From assembly GCA_045535075.1 (NCBI GenBank), contig JAZSKX010000005.1, positions 95,924-159,923 on the forward strand: DNA of 64,000 nucleotides. The letters are read 5' to 3'. Positions 43,005-52,779 of this stretch are shown piece by piece. Position 1 is the first letter of the stretch. Each line of letters starts with the position of its first letter. The notes beneath the pieces were generated by a model. That model ran no database searches and was not told where the DNA came from. It saw only the letters and a list, made by a program, of their open reading frames with translations. The stretch is from Candidatus Spyradenecus sp. GTDB lineage: Bacteria > Verrucomicrobiota > Verrucomicrobiia > Opitutales > UBA953. The position numbers and the translations under genes are program-made.

Positions 43005-44666
43005 CTATTTTTTCTTTCCGGATTTTTTAGCTTTCGAAGCCGGCTTTGCCGCTTTCGCGGGAACGGCTTTTTTGCTTACCGGAGCAACAGCGGGAGCCGG
43101 AGCCGGCGCAGGAGCTTTCGCTTTTGCCGGTTCCGGAGCCGGGGCGTCGGGAGAAGGTTCCGGGGTTTCCGCTTTCTTCGGAGCCGATTTTTTCTTTGCG
43201 GGCGGCTTGGGCGGGAACATGCCTTTGCGCATTTCGATCGCCGAACGATAAACTTCTTCGTATTTTTCGACGGAACGATCCCAGCTGAAATCCTTGCGCA
43301 TGCCGTTCGAGCGAACCGCGTAATAATCGTTCGGATAATCGTAATAAAGTTGCAACGCGCGTTCGATCGCCCAGCGCAATGCGTCGGGAATCGCGTCACG
43401 GAAGTTAATTCCCGTTCCCGCGCCCGGAACTTGCGGATCCCACGCGGCGACGGTATCGACGAGCCCGCCGGTCGTGCGGACAATCGGCGGCGTGCCGTAT
43501 GCCATGGAATACATTTGATTCAAGCCGCAAGGCTCAAAACGACTCGGCATAACGAAGAAGTCCGAACCGGCCTCGATAAGGTGCGCGAGTTGGTTATTGT
43601 AGCCGATTGTCGCCGACATCTTCGTCGGGAACATCGCCGCGAGGCGGGAAAACGCACTCTCAAGTTGCGGATCGCCGCTCCCGAGCAACGCCACCTGCAT
43701 ATCGGCACGGCTGAGCAGATCGGGCAAAACGGCAGCGAGCAAGTCGAGCCCTTTTTGGTCTGCAAGGCGGGAAACAATTCCGAAGACGGGAACGTCGCGC
43801 CGGACATCCAAGCCGCAACGACGTTGCAACTCGGCTTTACAAATATCTTTTCCCGTAAAATCATCAGCATTGAAATGCGCGGGAACAAGATTGTCGATAA
43901 GCGGCGACCATTCGCCGTAGTCGATTCCGTTGATAATCCCGGTAAGGTCGCGGGAGCGGTGGAGCAAAACATGATCGAGCCCGAAGCCGTATTCCGGCGT
44001 TTGAATTTCGTAAGCGTAAGTCGGAGAAACGGTCGTGATTTTAGTGGCATGATAAAGCGCGCCTTTCATCATGCTGATTCCGCCGAGCGATTCGTAGTTG
44101 TCTGAAGTGAAAAGCCCCCAGGGCAATCCGAGATAGTCGATAACGCTCTTCGGCGCGTAGCCTTGGTGCTGCAGATTGTGAATCGTAAAAACCGTTCCCG
44201 CGCGTGCAATCCGCCGCCAGTTGTCGCGGGTATTCAAAATTGCGGGAACGAGTCCGGTCGTCCAGTCGTGGCAATGGACGATGTCGGGAATCCAATTGGA
44301 TTGTTCGCAAAAATCAATTGCGGCTTTGCTGAAAAACGCGAAACGGTGGGCATCGTCATCGCGTTTGGAATAAATTTCGTTCCCGCCGAAGAAGTGGTTG
44401 TACTCGATAAACGAAATTTCCGCGCCGCCGAAAGGAACATTCCAAACCGCGCAGTCCGCATACATACCGAAGCCGAGTTCAACACGCACCGGATCCGGGT
44501 AGCGCTGCCAGGACGCGTCGCGTTTAACGGAGCCGTAAGCCGGCGTAACGATGCGCACTTCGTGTCCGTGCGCCGCCATGTACTTGGAAAGCGCTGCAAC
44601 GGCATCTCCGAGACCGCCGGTTTTCGAATACGGGGTAATTTCGGGGGAAATCATTAAGACTTTCAT
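43005..44666 (-). CDS. glgA: Glycogen synthase with K/A/P-rich C-terminal extension
   Basis: KTGGLGD, HCHDW, TIHNLQHQG, PSRFEPCGLNQ, TGGLVDTV; start at ATG 44666. Confidence 0.95.
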   Translation of the reverse strand: MKVLMISPEITPYSKTGGLGDAVAALSKYMAAHGHEVRIVTPAYGSVKRDASWQRYPDPVRVELGFGMYADCAVWNVPFGGAEISFIEYNHFFGGNEIYSKRDDDAHRFAFFSKAAIDFCEQSNWIPDIVHCHDWTTGLVPAILNTRDNWRRIARAGTVFTIHNLQHQGYAPKSVIDYLGLPWGLFTSDNYESLGGISMMKGALYHATKITTVSPTYAYEIQTPEYGFGLDHVLLHRSRDLTGIINGIDYGEWSPLIDNLVPAHFNADDFTGKDICKAELQRRCGLDVRRDVPVFGIVSRLADQKGLDLLAAVLPDLLSRADMQVALLGSGDPQLESAFSRLAAMFPTKMSATIGYNNQLAHLIEAGSDFFVMPSRFEPCGLNQMYSMAYGTPPIVRTTGGLVDTVAAWDPQVPGAGTGINFRDAIPDALRWAIERALQLYYDYPNDYYAVRSNGMRKDFSWDRSVEKYEEVYRSAIEMRKGMFPPKPPAKKKSAPKKAETPEPSPDAPAPEPAKAKAPAPAPAPAVAPVSKKAVPAKAAKPASKAKKSGKKK

Positions 44667-44830
44667 CGGGATGTGAAATAATGGAGTTAAGGTTGTGTGT
44701 TTCAGATTCAAAATGTTCGTGCGAACTCTTAAAATCATGAGAACGGGAGCCGGCTTTGGCAATGTTGAAAAATAGCGGCTCGCGGGAATTTTGTTGCGGG
44801 AACGGCTTTGCGGAACACACTTTCCCGGAG

Positions 44831-45871
44831 ATGAATTTCCCGGAGAAAAAGTTAATCTGGCTTACGCTCTTTCGAGTCGCGTACCGGCGTATTTCTCCGA
44901 AGCGCCTCATCGCCGCCGCGCTTCTTGCGCTTGCCTTGCATCTGGTCTTTTATTTTTCGGCTCCGAAAACATTTCAACTCTTTGCGGAATATATTCCGGT
45001 TCCGCAAGAAAACCTCACGCTCGCCGAACCGGAAAACGTCGTCATCCCGGAAGCATTGCTCCCTGAAGAATTCCGGAAAAAGAAGGAACCCGAGTTTGTT
45101 CCCGTAAACCCGAACGCACCGGAAATGATGCCGGAGCCGACCCGTCACCACTCCGCCGTCAATCAACGCGCCGCCCAGGAGAATCCGGATCCGACGACGC
45201 GTTCCCGCAAGCCGGAAAATGACGGCGAATCGGAAGAATCGCGCGGGATCGCAGAGCAAGTCATTCCGAGAGAATTACTTCCCGAAGACATGCGTATGAC
45301 GCGCGTCGCGGAAAAACCGAAAGACCAATCGTCCGACCGGGAAAAAGAAACCGAACGCGCCGAACAAACCGCGGAAAAAGGAATTGCCGTTCCCGAAAAC
45401 GCTACGGGAACAATCGCCGCCGGAAAATCACTCGAAATCGAAAAAACGGAATCGGGAAGCATTCCGGATCCGACGGAACGCCCGCGCATCGCTCCGCCGC
45501 CCGGACTAAAAACGCTGACGATGAAATCAAACACGGCGACCAACGAAATCGGCGCCGTGTCGCTCGACGCCAAATTCAGCGAATTCGGAGAATACACTCA
45601 ACGAATGCTGGAGGCAATTCAAGCAGCGTGGTACGTTACCTGTGAACGTTCGTCGGTGCATTCCCGCGGGAACGTCGTCGTGCGCTTCACGCTTTGCGCC
45701 GACGGAACAATTAAAAGCACGGAAGTGCTACATTCTTCCGCATCGGAACTGGCAACCTACGCGTGCCGCGACGCCATTGAATCGCGCGCGCCCTATGAAC
45801 CTTGGCGAGAGGAAATGATTGCTCTCTTCGGCGAAGAACAAACGACAACCATTTCGTTCTATTATCGTTAA
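44831..45871 (+). CDS. TonB/TolA-like energy transducer
   Basis: TM with LALHL His, Pro/Glu-rich linker, C-terminal IQAAW...VVRFTL..DG..APYEPW domain. Confidence 0.75.
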   Translation: MNFPEKKLIWLTLFRVAYRRISPKRLIAAALLALALHLVFYFSAPKTFQLFAEYIPVPQENLTLAEPENVVIPEALLPEEFRKKKEPEFVPVNPNAPEMMPEPTRHHSAVNQRAAQENPDPTTRSRKPENDGESEESRGIAEQVIPRELLPEDMRMTRVAEKPKDQSSDREKETERAEQTAEKGIAVPENATGTIAAGKSLEIEKTESGSIPDPTERPRIAPPPGLKTLTMKSNTATNEIGAVSLDAKFSEFGEYTQRMLEAIQAAWYVTCERSSVHSRGNVVVRFTLCADGTIKSTEVLHSSASELATYACRDAIESRAPYEPWREEMIALFGEEQTTTISFYYR

Positions 45872-45875
45872 GCTC

Positions 45876-46571
45876 TTATTTCGTCGCGACGTGTACGGCG
45901 ACAATGGAAAAAGTCAGGCCGAGCGCCCGGACATCGGAAAATCCGGCATCGCGCAACTCTTCGGAGAGTTTCTCCTTCGGCGGGAACGACTCAATCGAAC
46001 CGGCAAGATAATCGTAAGCCTTGCGATCGCCCGTAATCATCCACGCAATTAACGGAAGCGCAAGCTTGAGATACAAATAATAAAACGGACGGAACAACGC
46101 CGCCGGTTGCGTAAATTCCAAAATGAACGCTTTCCCGCCGGGACGCAAAATCCGCCGCAGTTCCCGCAGTCCGCGCGGGCGATCCTCAAAATTGCGAACG
46201 CCGTAAGCAATCGTCAACGCATCGACGGAATCACTTTCAAGCGGAAGTTGCATGCAATCACCGAACGCAAAATCAATCGCTTTCTTTCCGCCCGAATGTC
46301 GTTTTTGGCGTTCCCGCGCAACATCCAGCATCGCCTCGCAAAAATCATAGCCGCCGATTTCCGCATCGGGAAGTCGCTTGCGCAAAGCAAACGCAATGTC
46401 GCCGCTTCCGCTCGCCAAATCGGCTATTTTTTGCGGCTTTTCCCGCGCAACCAAGCGAACAAGTTTGTGCGCCCAATAATGGCAAGCGCCGCCGCTCAAA
46501 AGCGTGTTGGCAAGATCATAGCGCTTCGCGATTCCCGCGAACATTTTTTGGACTTTAATTCCTTCCGGCAT
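45876..46571 (-). CDS. ubiE: Quinone C-methyltransferase UbiE/MenG
   Basis: MFAGIAKRYD, DLASGSGD, YGVRN, AYDYLAGSI. Confidence 0.88.
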   Translation of the reverse strand: MPEGIKVQKMFAGIAKRYDLANTLLSGGACHYWAHKLVRLVAREKPQKIADLASGSGDIAFALRKRLPDAEIGGYDFCEAMLDVARERQKRHSGGKKAIDFAFGDCMQLPLESDSVDALTIAYGVRNFEDRPRGLRELRRILRPGGKAFILEFTQPAALFRPFYYLYLKLALPLIAWMITGDRKAYDYLAGSIESFPPKEKLSEELRDAGFSDVRALGLTFSIVAVHVATK

Positions 46572-46681
46572 AAAAACTGAAAAGAATTAAACGACAAAGA
46601 TTTTTCCGGCGCAAGCCGCAGATTTTTTCCGCGCAAAACTTGCAGTTGAAAAGCGTTCCCGCGAAAATCTAAGATACAAAC

Positions 46682-47239
46682 ATGGAAACAATTATTCGGG
46701 GCGCCGGCTGGTTTTTGTGGCCGCTCGGCTTTTGCTCACTACTCGCCGCATTCATCGTCGTAGAACGCATTATCGCGCTACGCGCCTCCCGCATACTACC
46801 GGCGCAAGCGCTCCCGCTGATTCTCGCCGGAGATTTCCGCGCCGTCGCCCAAGCATTTCCCAAGACAACCGCCGGGCGCATCGTCCGATTCGCACTCGAC
46901 GAAAATCCGGACAAAGACGCTCTCACCGCCTATGCAAAGCTTGAGTTCTCCCACATGGAACGCGGCTTATTCCTGCTCGATTCCGTCGTCGCAATCGCCC
47001 CGCTCATCGGGCTGTTCGGCACCGTTTACGGGCTTTTTACGCTTTTCCCCGAAAGCGGCGGGCTGCCCGATCAGGCAACGCTGACACGCAGTGTCGGATT
47101 GGCGCTGACGACGACAATGCTCGGGTTGTTCGTTGCCATGCCGGCGCTGTTCGCAAACAATTTTATTCTGCGGCGAATCGATATTTTAGCCGCGCGCATT
47201 TCCCTACTCGTCGAAAGACTCAACGCGCGGGAACGCTAA
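46682..47239 (+). CDS. MotA/TolQ/ExbB proton channel
   Basis: IAPLIGLFGTVYG, ALTTTMLGLFVAMPA. Confidence 0.92.
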   Translation: METIIRGAGWFLWPLGFCSLLAAFIVVERIIALRASRILPAQALPLILAGDFRAVAQAFPKTTAGRIVRFALDENPDKDALTAYAKLEFSHMERGLFLLDSVVAIAPLIGLFGTVYGLFTLFPESGGLPDQATLTRSVGLALTTTMLGLFVAMPALFANNFILRRIDILAARISLLVERLNARER

Positions 47240-47245
47240 TCGCCC

Positions 47246-47656
47246 ATGCCGGAATCCATTTACACGCGCCGCCGACGCATCTCGGGAATCAATATCGTGC
47301 CGCTCATCGACGTCATGACCGTGCTGATTTTCTTCTTTTTAATGAGCATGAAGTTTGACGACATCGCACAACTCGGCATCACGCCGCCGAGCGCAGAATC
47401 TGCGGCAAAGGAACGGACGGAAACACGCCTCGTCGTTGCCGTCGACCGCGCGGGAACGCTTTTTGTCAACTCGCAAAGCGTTCCCGCAGAAAATCTGGCA
47501 GACGCGCTCAAACTCGCCGCCGAACAGCAAAAAACACAGTCTCTTGTCCTTGTCGCAGACGAAGATGTCGCGACGAAACACACCGTTTTTATCATCGACC
47601 AAGCTCGGAAAAACGGACTCCATGTTCAACTCCTAACGCGAAGTGATTATGAATAA
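47246..47656 (+). CDS. ExbD/TolR
   Basis: INIVPLIDVMTVLIFFF with the TM Asp; LVADED. Confidence 0.92.
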   Translation: MPESIYTRRRRISGINIVPLIDVMTVLIFFFLMSMKFDDIAQLGITPPSAESAAKERTETRLVVAVDRAGTLFVNSQSVPAENLADALKLAAEQQKTQSLVLVADEDVATKHTVFIIDQARKNGLHVQLLTRSDYE

Positions 47657-48065
47657 AATTTTCTTCTTTTCGGGAATTCTCCTGGCGGGAACGCTCCTCT
47701 TTCCCGCATGCGCGACAACCGCAAGCGACGTTTGGAACGAACGTCCGGTTTCGCAGAAAGCCTCCCGGGAAACCCGCAAACAAAAACGCGAACATCTCCG
47801 CTATATCCTCAGCAAGGTAGTACTCGTGCGTATGAATGCGAAAGGGCAAATTTGTATCGGAGAAGATGATTCCGTGTTGTTGACACCGTTTGAATTCTCG
47901 GCGGAATTGTCGAAAATCGGGAAAGCGGAACCGGGAAAACCCGTCCTGTTTTTTTACGACGAGGAAGCCGCCGTCGCGCGCCCGGACGTGCGAGCGTTTA
48001 TTATCCGTGAATGCAATCGAGCCAAGCTCGGTAAAATTTACACGGACGTTCCCGAAAAACTTTAA
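47649..48065 (+). CDS. Lipoprotein with ExbD-periplasmic-domain-like fold
   Basis: LFPAC lipobox-like; VRMNAKGQI...PVLFFYDEEA pattern. Confidence 0.55.
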   Translation: MNKIFFFSGILLAGTLLFPACATTASDVWNERPVSQKASRETRKQKREHLRYILSKVVLVRMNAKGQICIGEDDSVLLTPFEFSAELSKIGKAEPGKPVLFFYDEEAAVARPDVRAFIIRECNRAKLGKIYTDVPEKL

Positions 48066-48080
48066 TCAATTCCGAAAATC

Positions 48081-51000
48081 ATGGCGGCGGCGAAAAAATA
48101 CCTGAAACGAATTGCACTCGCGACGCTTGCGGCGGGAACGCTGTGCGCGGGAACTCTCGGCGTGCTCTCGCTCAATTCCGTTCAGAAAAAAATCGCCGTT
48201 GCCGTATTGAAAAATGCCGGAATCCAAGCAGAAATCGGCGAATGGGATTCCGATTTTTTTTCGGATTTCCGTTTGCGCGACATCACGCTTAAGCGCGGCG
48301 ATGAATTCGAAATTCAAATTCCGGAACTTCAGGTTCACAGCAGTGTAATCGCGCAGATTTTCTCGCCGGAAATTTCGCTCCGTGCCGAATTTAAAGAAAC
48401 AAACAGCCTTCAAATCGCAGGAAAATCATTCGCGCTTTCGGTTGACGAACTGACGTTAAACAACGCTCTCGGTTCCCGAAACAGGCTCGCGGGAACGCTC
48501 ATCCCGCAAAAAAAAGAAAATCCTCCTCAGGCAAAATTCGAATTCGAAAGCGAAAACCGGGAAACGATTTATGATTTTTCCTTACTCGGCTTTCTCACGG
48601 GAACACGCGTCGCACGCCTGAATTTCAACGAAATCGAATGCCGATTAGACGAAACCGGAACGTGGAAAATCTTTGACAAATCCGGTCGCAACTCCGCGCT
48701 CTCCGGCGCAGGAAAATTTCACGACGGGAAACTCCGCGGAACAGTCTCCGCAAAGCTCGACGGAGAAAGATTCAAAGCCTTCGGCATCGGAGAAAATCTG
48801 CCCGCATGGAACGCCGCAGCGGAAATCGCCGTTGCCGCAGACCTCGCAAGCGAACGTTGCTCGCTACGCCATTTATTCGAACTGCGGCTCGCCGAGCCGG
48901 GCGGAACGTTTTCCGGCATCCCGCTACTCCCGGAAATCCGTCTTAAAGGAAACGGCAAATTCAATTTCGAAAACAACACGTTTTCTCTCGAAACATTCTT
49001 CGCAAACATGGCGCTCGCCCCGGACAACGCCGCGCCCGTCGTCTTCGCCGAAATCTCCGTTCCCGAAGAACTCGGCTTTGCTTACTCTCAGGAGCGGGGA
49101 CTCAAAATTTCCGCCCAAGGCAATGCTTCCGAACTTGCGTTATTAAAATTTAATAACGTCCCGATTTCTCTGGCAAATTCCTTCCTCGCACGCATCCCGT
49201 CACTCGACAACGAAAAAAAACTCGAACTCACGGGAACGCTTAACGGCGCCTTCGCCTTATCTCAAACCGACGACGGCGAATTTATCTTCGCCGGGAAAGA
49301 AGGACTGAAAGTCAGAGATTTTTCCCTAAAACGAGCCGACGATATTTGGTTTTCCGGAATTACGGCAAACCTGCCCCTGGTCGCATTCACCCGCGGGAAC
49401 ACCGCCGGAATCGAACTGAAAAACGCGATCGCTTTCGGAGATTTCGATCGGGCATTTGCTTCGGCAAATTTCTCGGGCATTCGAGATTTTTCAAAGAAAA
49501 CAACTTCCGTCGAAGCCTCCGCACGCATCGAATCCGCTGCACTCACACAGCAATTTTTCTCCGGATTCTTTGGCGGACTTTCCGATAAAAAAATCGCGGC
49601 AAACTCCGAACTTAAAGCCGAAATTTCCGATGACGAAATTAAAGTTTCCGCATTAAAATTTTCGGTCTTCGAAGACGATGACGCCTCGCGCACCCTGCTC
49701 ACGGCAAACACGGGCGCCTTCCGCTTTGATGCCGAAAATCCGTTTGTCGGGCTCGACGGAAAGCAGATTACCTTGCAGGCAAACGCATTCCCGCTGGCTC
49801 TCATTGATCCGCTCGCACGGGGAAAATTCTTTTTCGCGGGAACAATCGACGGTGAAATCGCCTTCATCGGCGATAAAAGCAAAATTGAGTTTTCGACCGA
49901 AAAACGCGGGATGACAATTCGCAATTTCCGCATGAAAAACGCCCGAAAATCCGTTTTATTAGACGGACTTTCCCTGCGCTCCGTAGATAATCTCGTCCGC
50001 GTCTCCCGCGATGCCTCCGGAAAATTTCACACCGAAGTCGGCCTAAAAAATGCGCGATTGAAAAACAGCAACGACACACGCCTTGCGTCGGGCGATTTAT
50101 ATTTAAATTTCCACGGAAAAGAATTGCTTACTCTGCGTAGCGATATTTCCGGAGATCTCGGGAGCATTGCCCGGCAACCGCTTTTCACACCCGTCAGCAA
50201 TTTGGCGAGCGGTTCGATCGAAATTCACGGCGGCTGGGACGCCGTAAACCAAACAGCAAAACTCGAAGCAAATCTTCGCGACCTGCGTTCCCGCGGCCCT
50301 CAGTCTGTCGAAATCGACAATCTGAATCTGACGCTCGAACACAATGCCGGGGCGAATTTTTCGGCTCGCATCCGAGCGGCACTCGACGGGAACGAACACT
50401 CTTCGGCGGATTTAAGTTTTTCAAAACTGGATTTTAACCTCCGGGAAAACAAAGCGGATTTCAACGCAGATCTATTTGCCGAAAAAATCGTCGTCGCAGA
50501 TTTAATCTCGCTGGCTGAAATTTTTTCTCCGAAAAAAAATCTTCCCCCTGCTCGCACAACTCAGACGAAAGAACAAATTGTTCCCGCAACTGCCCCGAGT
50601 GTGTCCCAAGCGGCGCCGACACATATTCCCGCTGAAAAGCAAGCACACGCCTCAACGGAAACCCCACCGGCAAAAACCCCTCCCGAAAGCAATGAAAAAG
50701 GCAATTTCGAGCAAGCGACACCGGCAAAGAATCTCCCGCAAACGCTTTCGCTCCCGTGGAAAAACATTGCGGGAACGCTTAACTTTCGAATTCTCGAATG
50801 CGTTGTCCCCGAAAACAGACTTCAAAATATTTCCGGTAGCTTAAATCTCGCGCCGGAACGCGGAGAATTAATCGCCGAAAGCGATAATTTCTTCGACGGA
50901 AGCCTGAAAAGCAAAACCGTAGTCGAGACACGGCATTCAAGTGGAACATTCTTCGCCAAAACGAAAATCGCCGTTAAAAATTCAAAAATCTACAAAGCAA

Positions 51001-51653
51001 TTCCCGCATTGCGGGCAAAAGACTCATCGATCGTCGAAGGAAGTTTCTCCGTCGACCTCAGCGCGGAAGCCGAAGCGCCGAAACTTAGCGAGCTGAAGCA
51101 TTGCCTTTCCGCCGATGCCGTCTTACTCGGACAAAACGGAAACATACGCATCTTTTCCGCCGACAACAAAGACTTGCGCAACGTCGGAGACTTGGCGCGA
51201 ATCGGAGGCGGCGTCGCGGAACTTTTGGGAGGTTTCGGAGGAAAAAAACTGCGGCGGATCGCCTCTTCCGCGCGGCGACTCCAAGAATATTTGTCGGATT
51301 TTCCTTATGACGTTCACGAAGTACGCTTGAGCTACCGGGCCGGGAATCCGATTCTTTGTCGAAAATTTCTTTTGCAAAACGAATTGCTCAAAATCACGGG
51401 AACAGGAGAAATCGCTTACTCTGAAGAACTGCCGATAGGAGACGCTCCGCTCGCGATCCGCGCGCGCATGGATGTGCGCGGCGAACTGAAGGAAATGATG
51501 AACACGCTCGGAATTTTAAAATCCGCCGGACCGGGCACCGAAGATTCCGACTACTCCGTCGGCCCGGAATTCAATCTCACGGGAACGCTTAACCGCCTCT
51601 CGGACAACCTTCTCGAAACCTTGCTTTCCTCCGGAAGCGGCTTGAGATTCTGA
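48081..51653 (+). CDS. Large AsmA-like (TamB/YhdP-type) envelope protein
   Basis: 1190 aa, single N-terminal TM, beta-rich, C-terminal ITGTGEI...LTGTL..L pattern. Confidence 0.7.
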   Translation: MAAAKKYLKRIALATLAAGTLCAGTLGVLSLNSVQKKIAVAVLKNAGIQAEIGEWDSDFFSDFRLRDITLKRGDEFEIQIPELQVHSSVIAQIFSPEISLRAEFKETNSLQIAGKSFALSVDELTLNNALGSRNRLAGTLIPQKKENPPQAKFEFESENRETIYDFSLLGFLTGTRVARLNFNEIECRLDETGTWKIFDKSGRNSALSGAGKFHDGKLRGTVSAKLDGERFKAFGIGENLPAWNAAAEIAVAADLASERCSLRHLFELRLAEPGGTFSGIPLLPEIRLKGNGKFNFENNTFSLETFFANMALAPDNAAPVVFAEISVPEELGFAYSQERGLKISAQGNASELALLKFNNVPISLANSFLARIPSLDNEKKLELTGTLNGAFALSQTDDGEFIFAGKEGLKVRDFSLKRADDIWFSGITANLPLVAFTRGNTAGIELKNAIAFGDFDRAFASANFSGIRDFSKKTTSVEASARIESAALTQQFFSGFFGGLSDKKIAANSELKAEISDDEIKVSALKFSVFEDDDASRTLLTANTGAFRFDAENPFVGLDGKQITLQANAFPLALIDPLARGKFFFAGTIDGEIAFIGDKSKIEFSTEKRGMTIRNFRMKNARKSVLLDGLSLRSVDNLVRVSRDASGKFHTEVGLKNARLKNSNDTRLASGDLYLNFHGKELLTLRSDISGDLGSIARQPLFTPVSNLASGSIEIHGGWDAVNQTAKLEANLRDLRSRGPQSVEIDNLNLTLEHNAGANFSARIRAALDGNEHSSADLSFSKLDFNLRENKADFNADLFAEKIVVADLISLAEIFSPKKNLPPARTTQTKEQIVPATAPSVSQAAPTHIPAEKQAHASTETPPAKTPPESNEKGNFEQATPAKNLPQTLSLPWKNIAGTLNFRILECVVPENRLQNISGSLNLAPERGELIAESDNFFDGSLKSKTVVETRHSSGTFFAKTKIAVKNSKIYKAIPALRAKDSSIVEGSFSVDLSAEAEAPKLSELKHCLSADAVLLGQNGNIRIFSADNKDLRNVGDLARIGGGVAELLGGFGGKKLRRIASSARRLQEYLSDFPYDVHEVRLSYRAGNPILCRKFLLQNELLKITGTGEIAYSEELPIGDAPLAIRARMDVRGELKEMMNTLGILKSAGPGTEDSDYSVGPEFNLTGTLNRLSDNLLETLLSSGSGLRF

Positions 51654-51717
51654 AAATGAAAAAACGTGCCTTTTGCACGGGAACGTGTTATTCTTCCGAA
51701 AACAAATTTTTACAGCC

Positions 51718-52302
51718 ATGAAAAACGATATTTGTTCTCAGAGCACATGCGAGCTTGCAAAGGCGACCGGATTAAAGGCGGAAACGCTCGAAAAAGCGGA
51801 TAAAATCATCGCAAAGTATCCGGAAAAACGCAGCGCAACGCTTCCCCTGCTCCACCTCGCCCAAGAGGAACTCGGCTACGTCACGGACGCCTCCATGAAA
51901 TGGATCGCCGCAAAACTCGATATCGAGCCGATTAACGTTTACGAAGTCGTTACATTTTACCCGATGTTTCGCCTCAATCCGATTGGCAAACGCCATGTAA
52001 AAATCTGCCGTACGGTTTCCTGCGCGCTTCGCGGGAGCTACAAAACAATGGAAGCGCTTGAAAAAGAATTCGATTGCAAACGCGGAGAAACTTCCGCCGA
52101 CGGCAACGTTACGCTTGAATTCGTCGAGTGTCTGGCGTGTTGCGGAACCGGTCCGATTGTTCAGGTTGACCACCTGCTCTACGAAAAAGTCACGCCGGAA
52201 GCCGTTCCCGCGCTCGCGGAAAAAATCCGTGCAAGCCTGTCGGATCCGGATTACGGGAAAAAAGCACCGTCATTTTCCGATCGCACCGAATGGCTCGGCT
52301 AA
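51718..52302 (+). CDS. nuoE: NADH dehydrogenase subunit E ([2Fe-2S])
   Basis: YPEKRSA, VVTFYPMF, CRTVSC, ECLACC. Confidence 0.88.
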   Translation: MKNDICSQSTCELAKATGLKAETLEKADKIIAKYPEKRSATLPLLHLAQEELGYVTDASMKWIAAKLDIEPINVYEVVTFYPMFRLNPIGKRHVKICRTVSCALRGSYKTMEALEKEFDCKRGETSADGNVTLEFVECLACCGTGPIVQVDHLLYEKVTPEAVPALAEKIRASLSDPDYGKKAPSFSDRTEWLG

Positions 52303-52353
52303 ATCCGATATAATAGACATCTAAAAAAGAGCGGCAAAAAATGTCGCTCTTTT

Positions 52354-52755
52354 TTATTTTTCGTTTCGCTCCTCTTTCTTTAAGAAACGTTCGATAAGCC
52401 AAACGATTCCTGCTGCAAAGCCGAGATAAAGCCACAGAAAGGGAATAAGTAAAACTCCCCAAAAGGTTGTTGCAAGAAAAGTAGAACAGACAACAAGAAG
52501 GAAAATAAATGTTCCGCCGAAAGAATGTCCGTTCACGGCGTAGAGCAAAAACGCGAATCCGAACGACCACAAAAAGGCGAAATAATGCAACCATGTTGCG
52601 TCGCCGTATTCTGTGACGAAAAACGGCATCACCGGTCCCGGAAGCATCGCACAAAACAATAAAACCGCCAGAATTGCCGCTGTCCCGCGCGAGCTGCGGC
52701 GAGCGATGAACGCAAGCCACGGGAACGCCAAAAAGCTGTAAACGAACAATGTCAT
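52354..52755 (-). CDS. Hypothetical multi-pass membrane protein
   Basis: Hydrophobic 133-aa ORF downstream of recN. Confidence 0.6.
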   Translation of the reverse strand: MTLFVYSFLAFPWLAFIARRSSRGTAAILAVLLFCAMLPGPVMPFFVTEYGDATWLHYFAFLWSFGFAFLLYAVNGHSFGGTFIFLLVVCSTFLATTFWGVLLIPFLWLYLGFAAGIVWLIERFLKKEERNEK

Positions 52756-52779
52756 TTTATCAGCGGCACGGCGGGAAAT

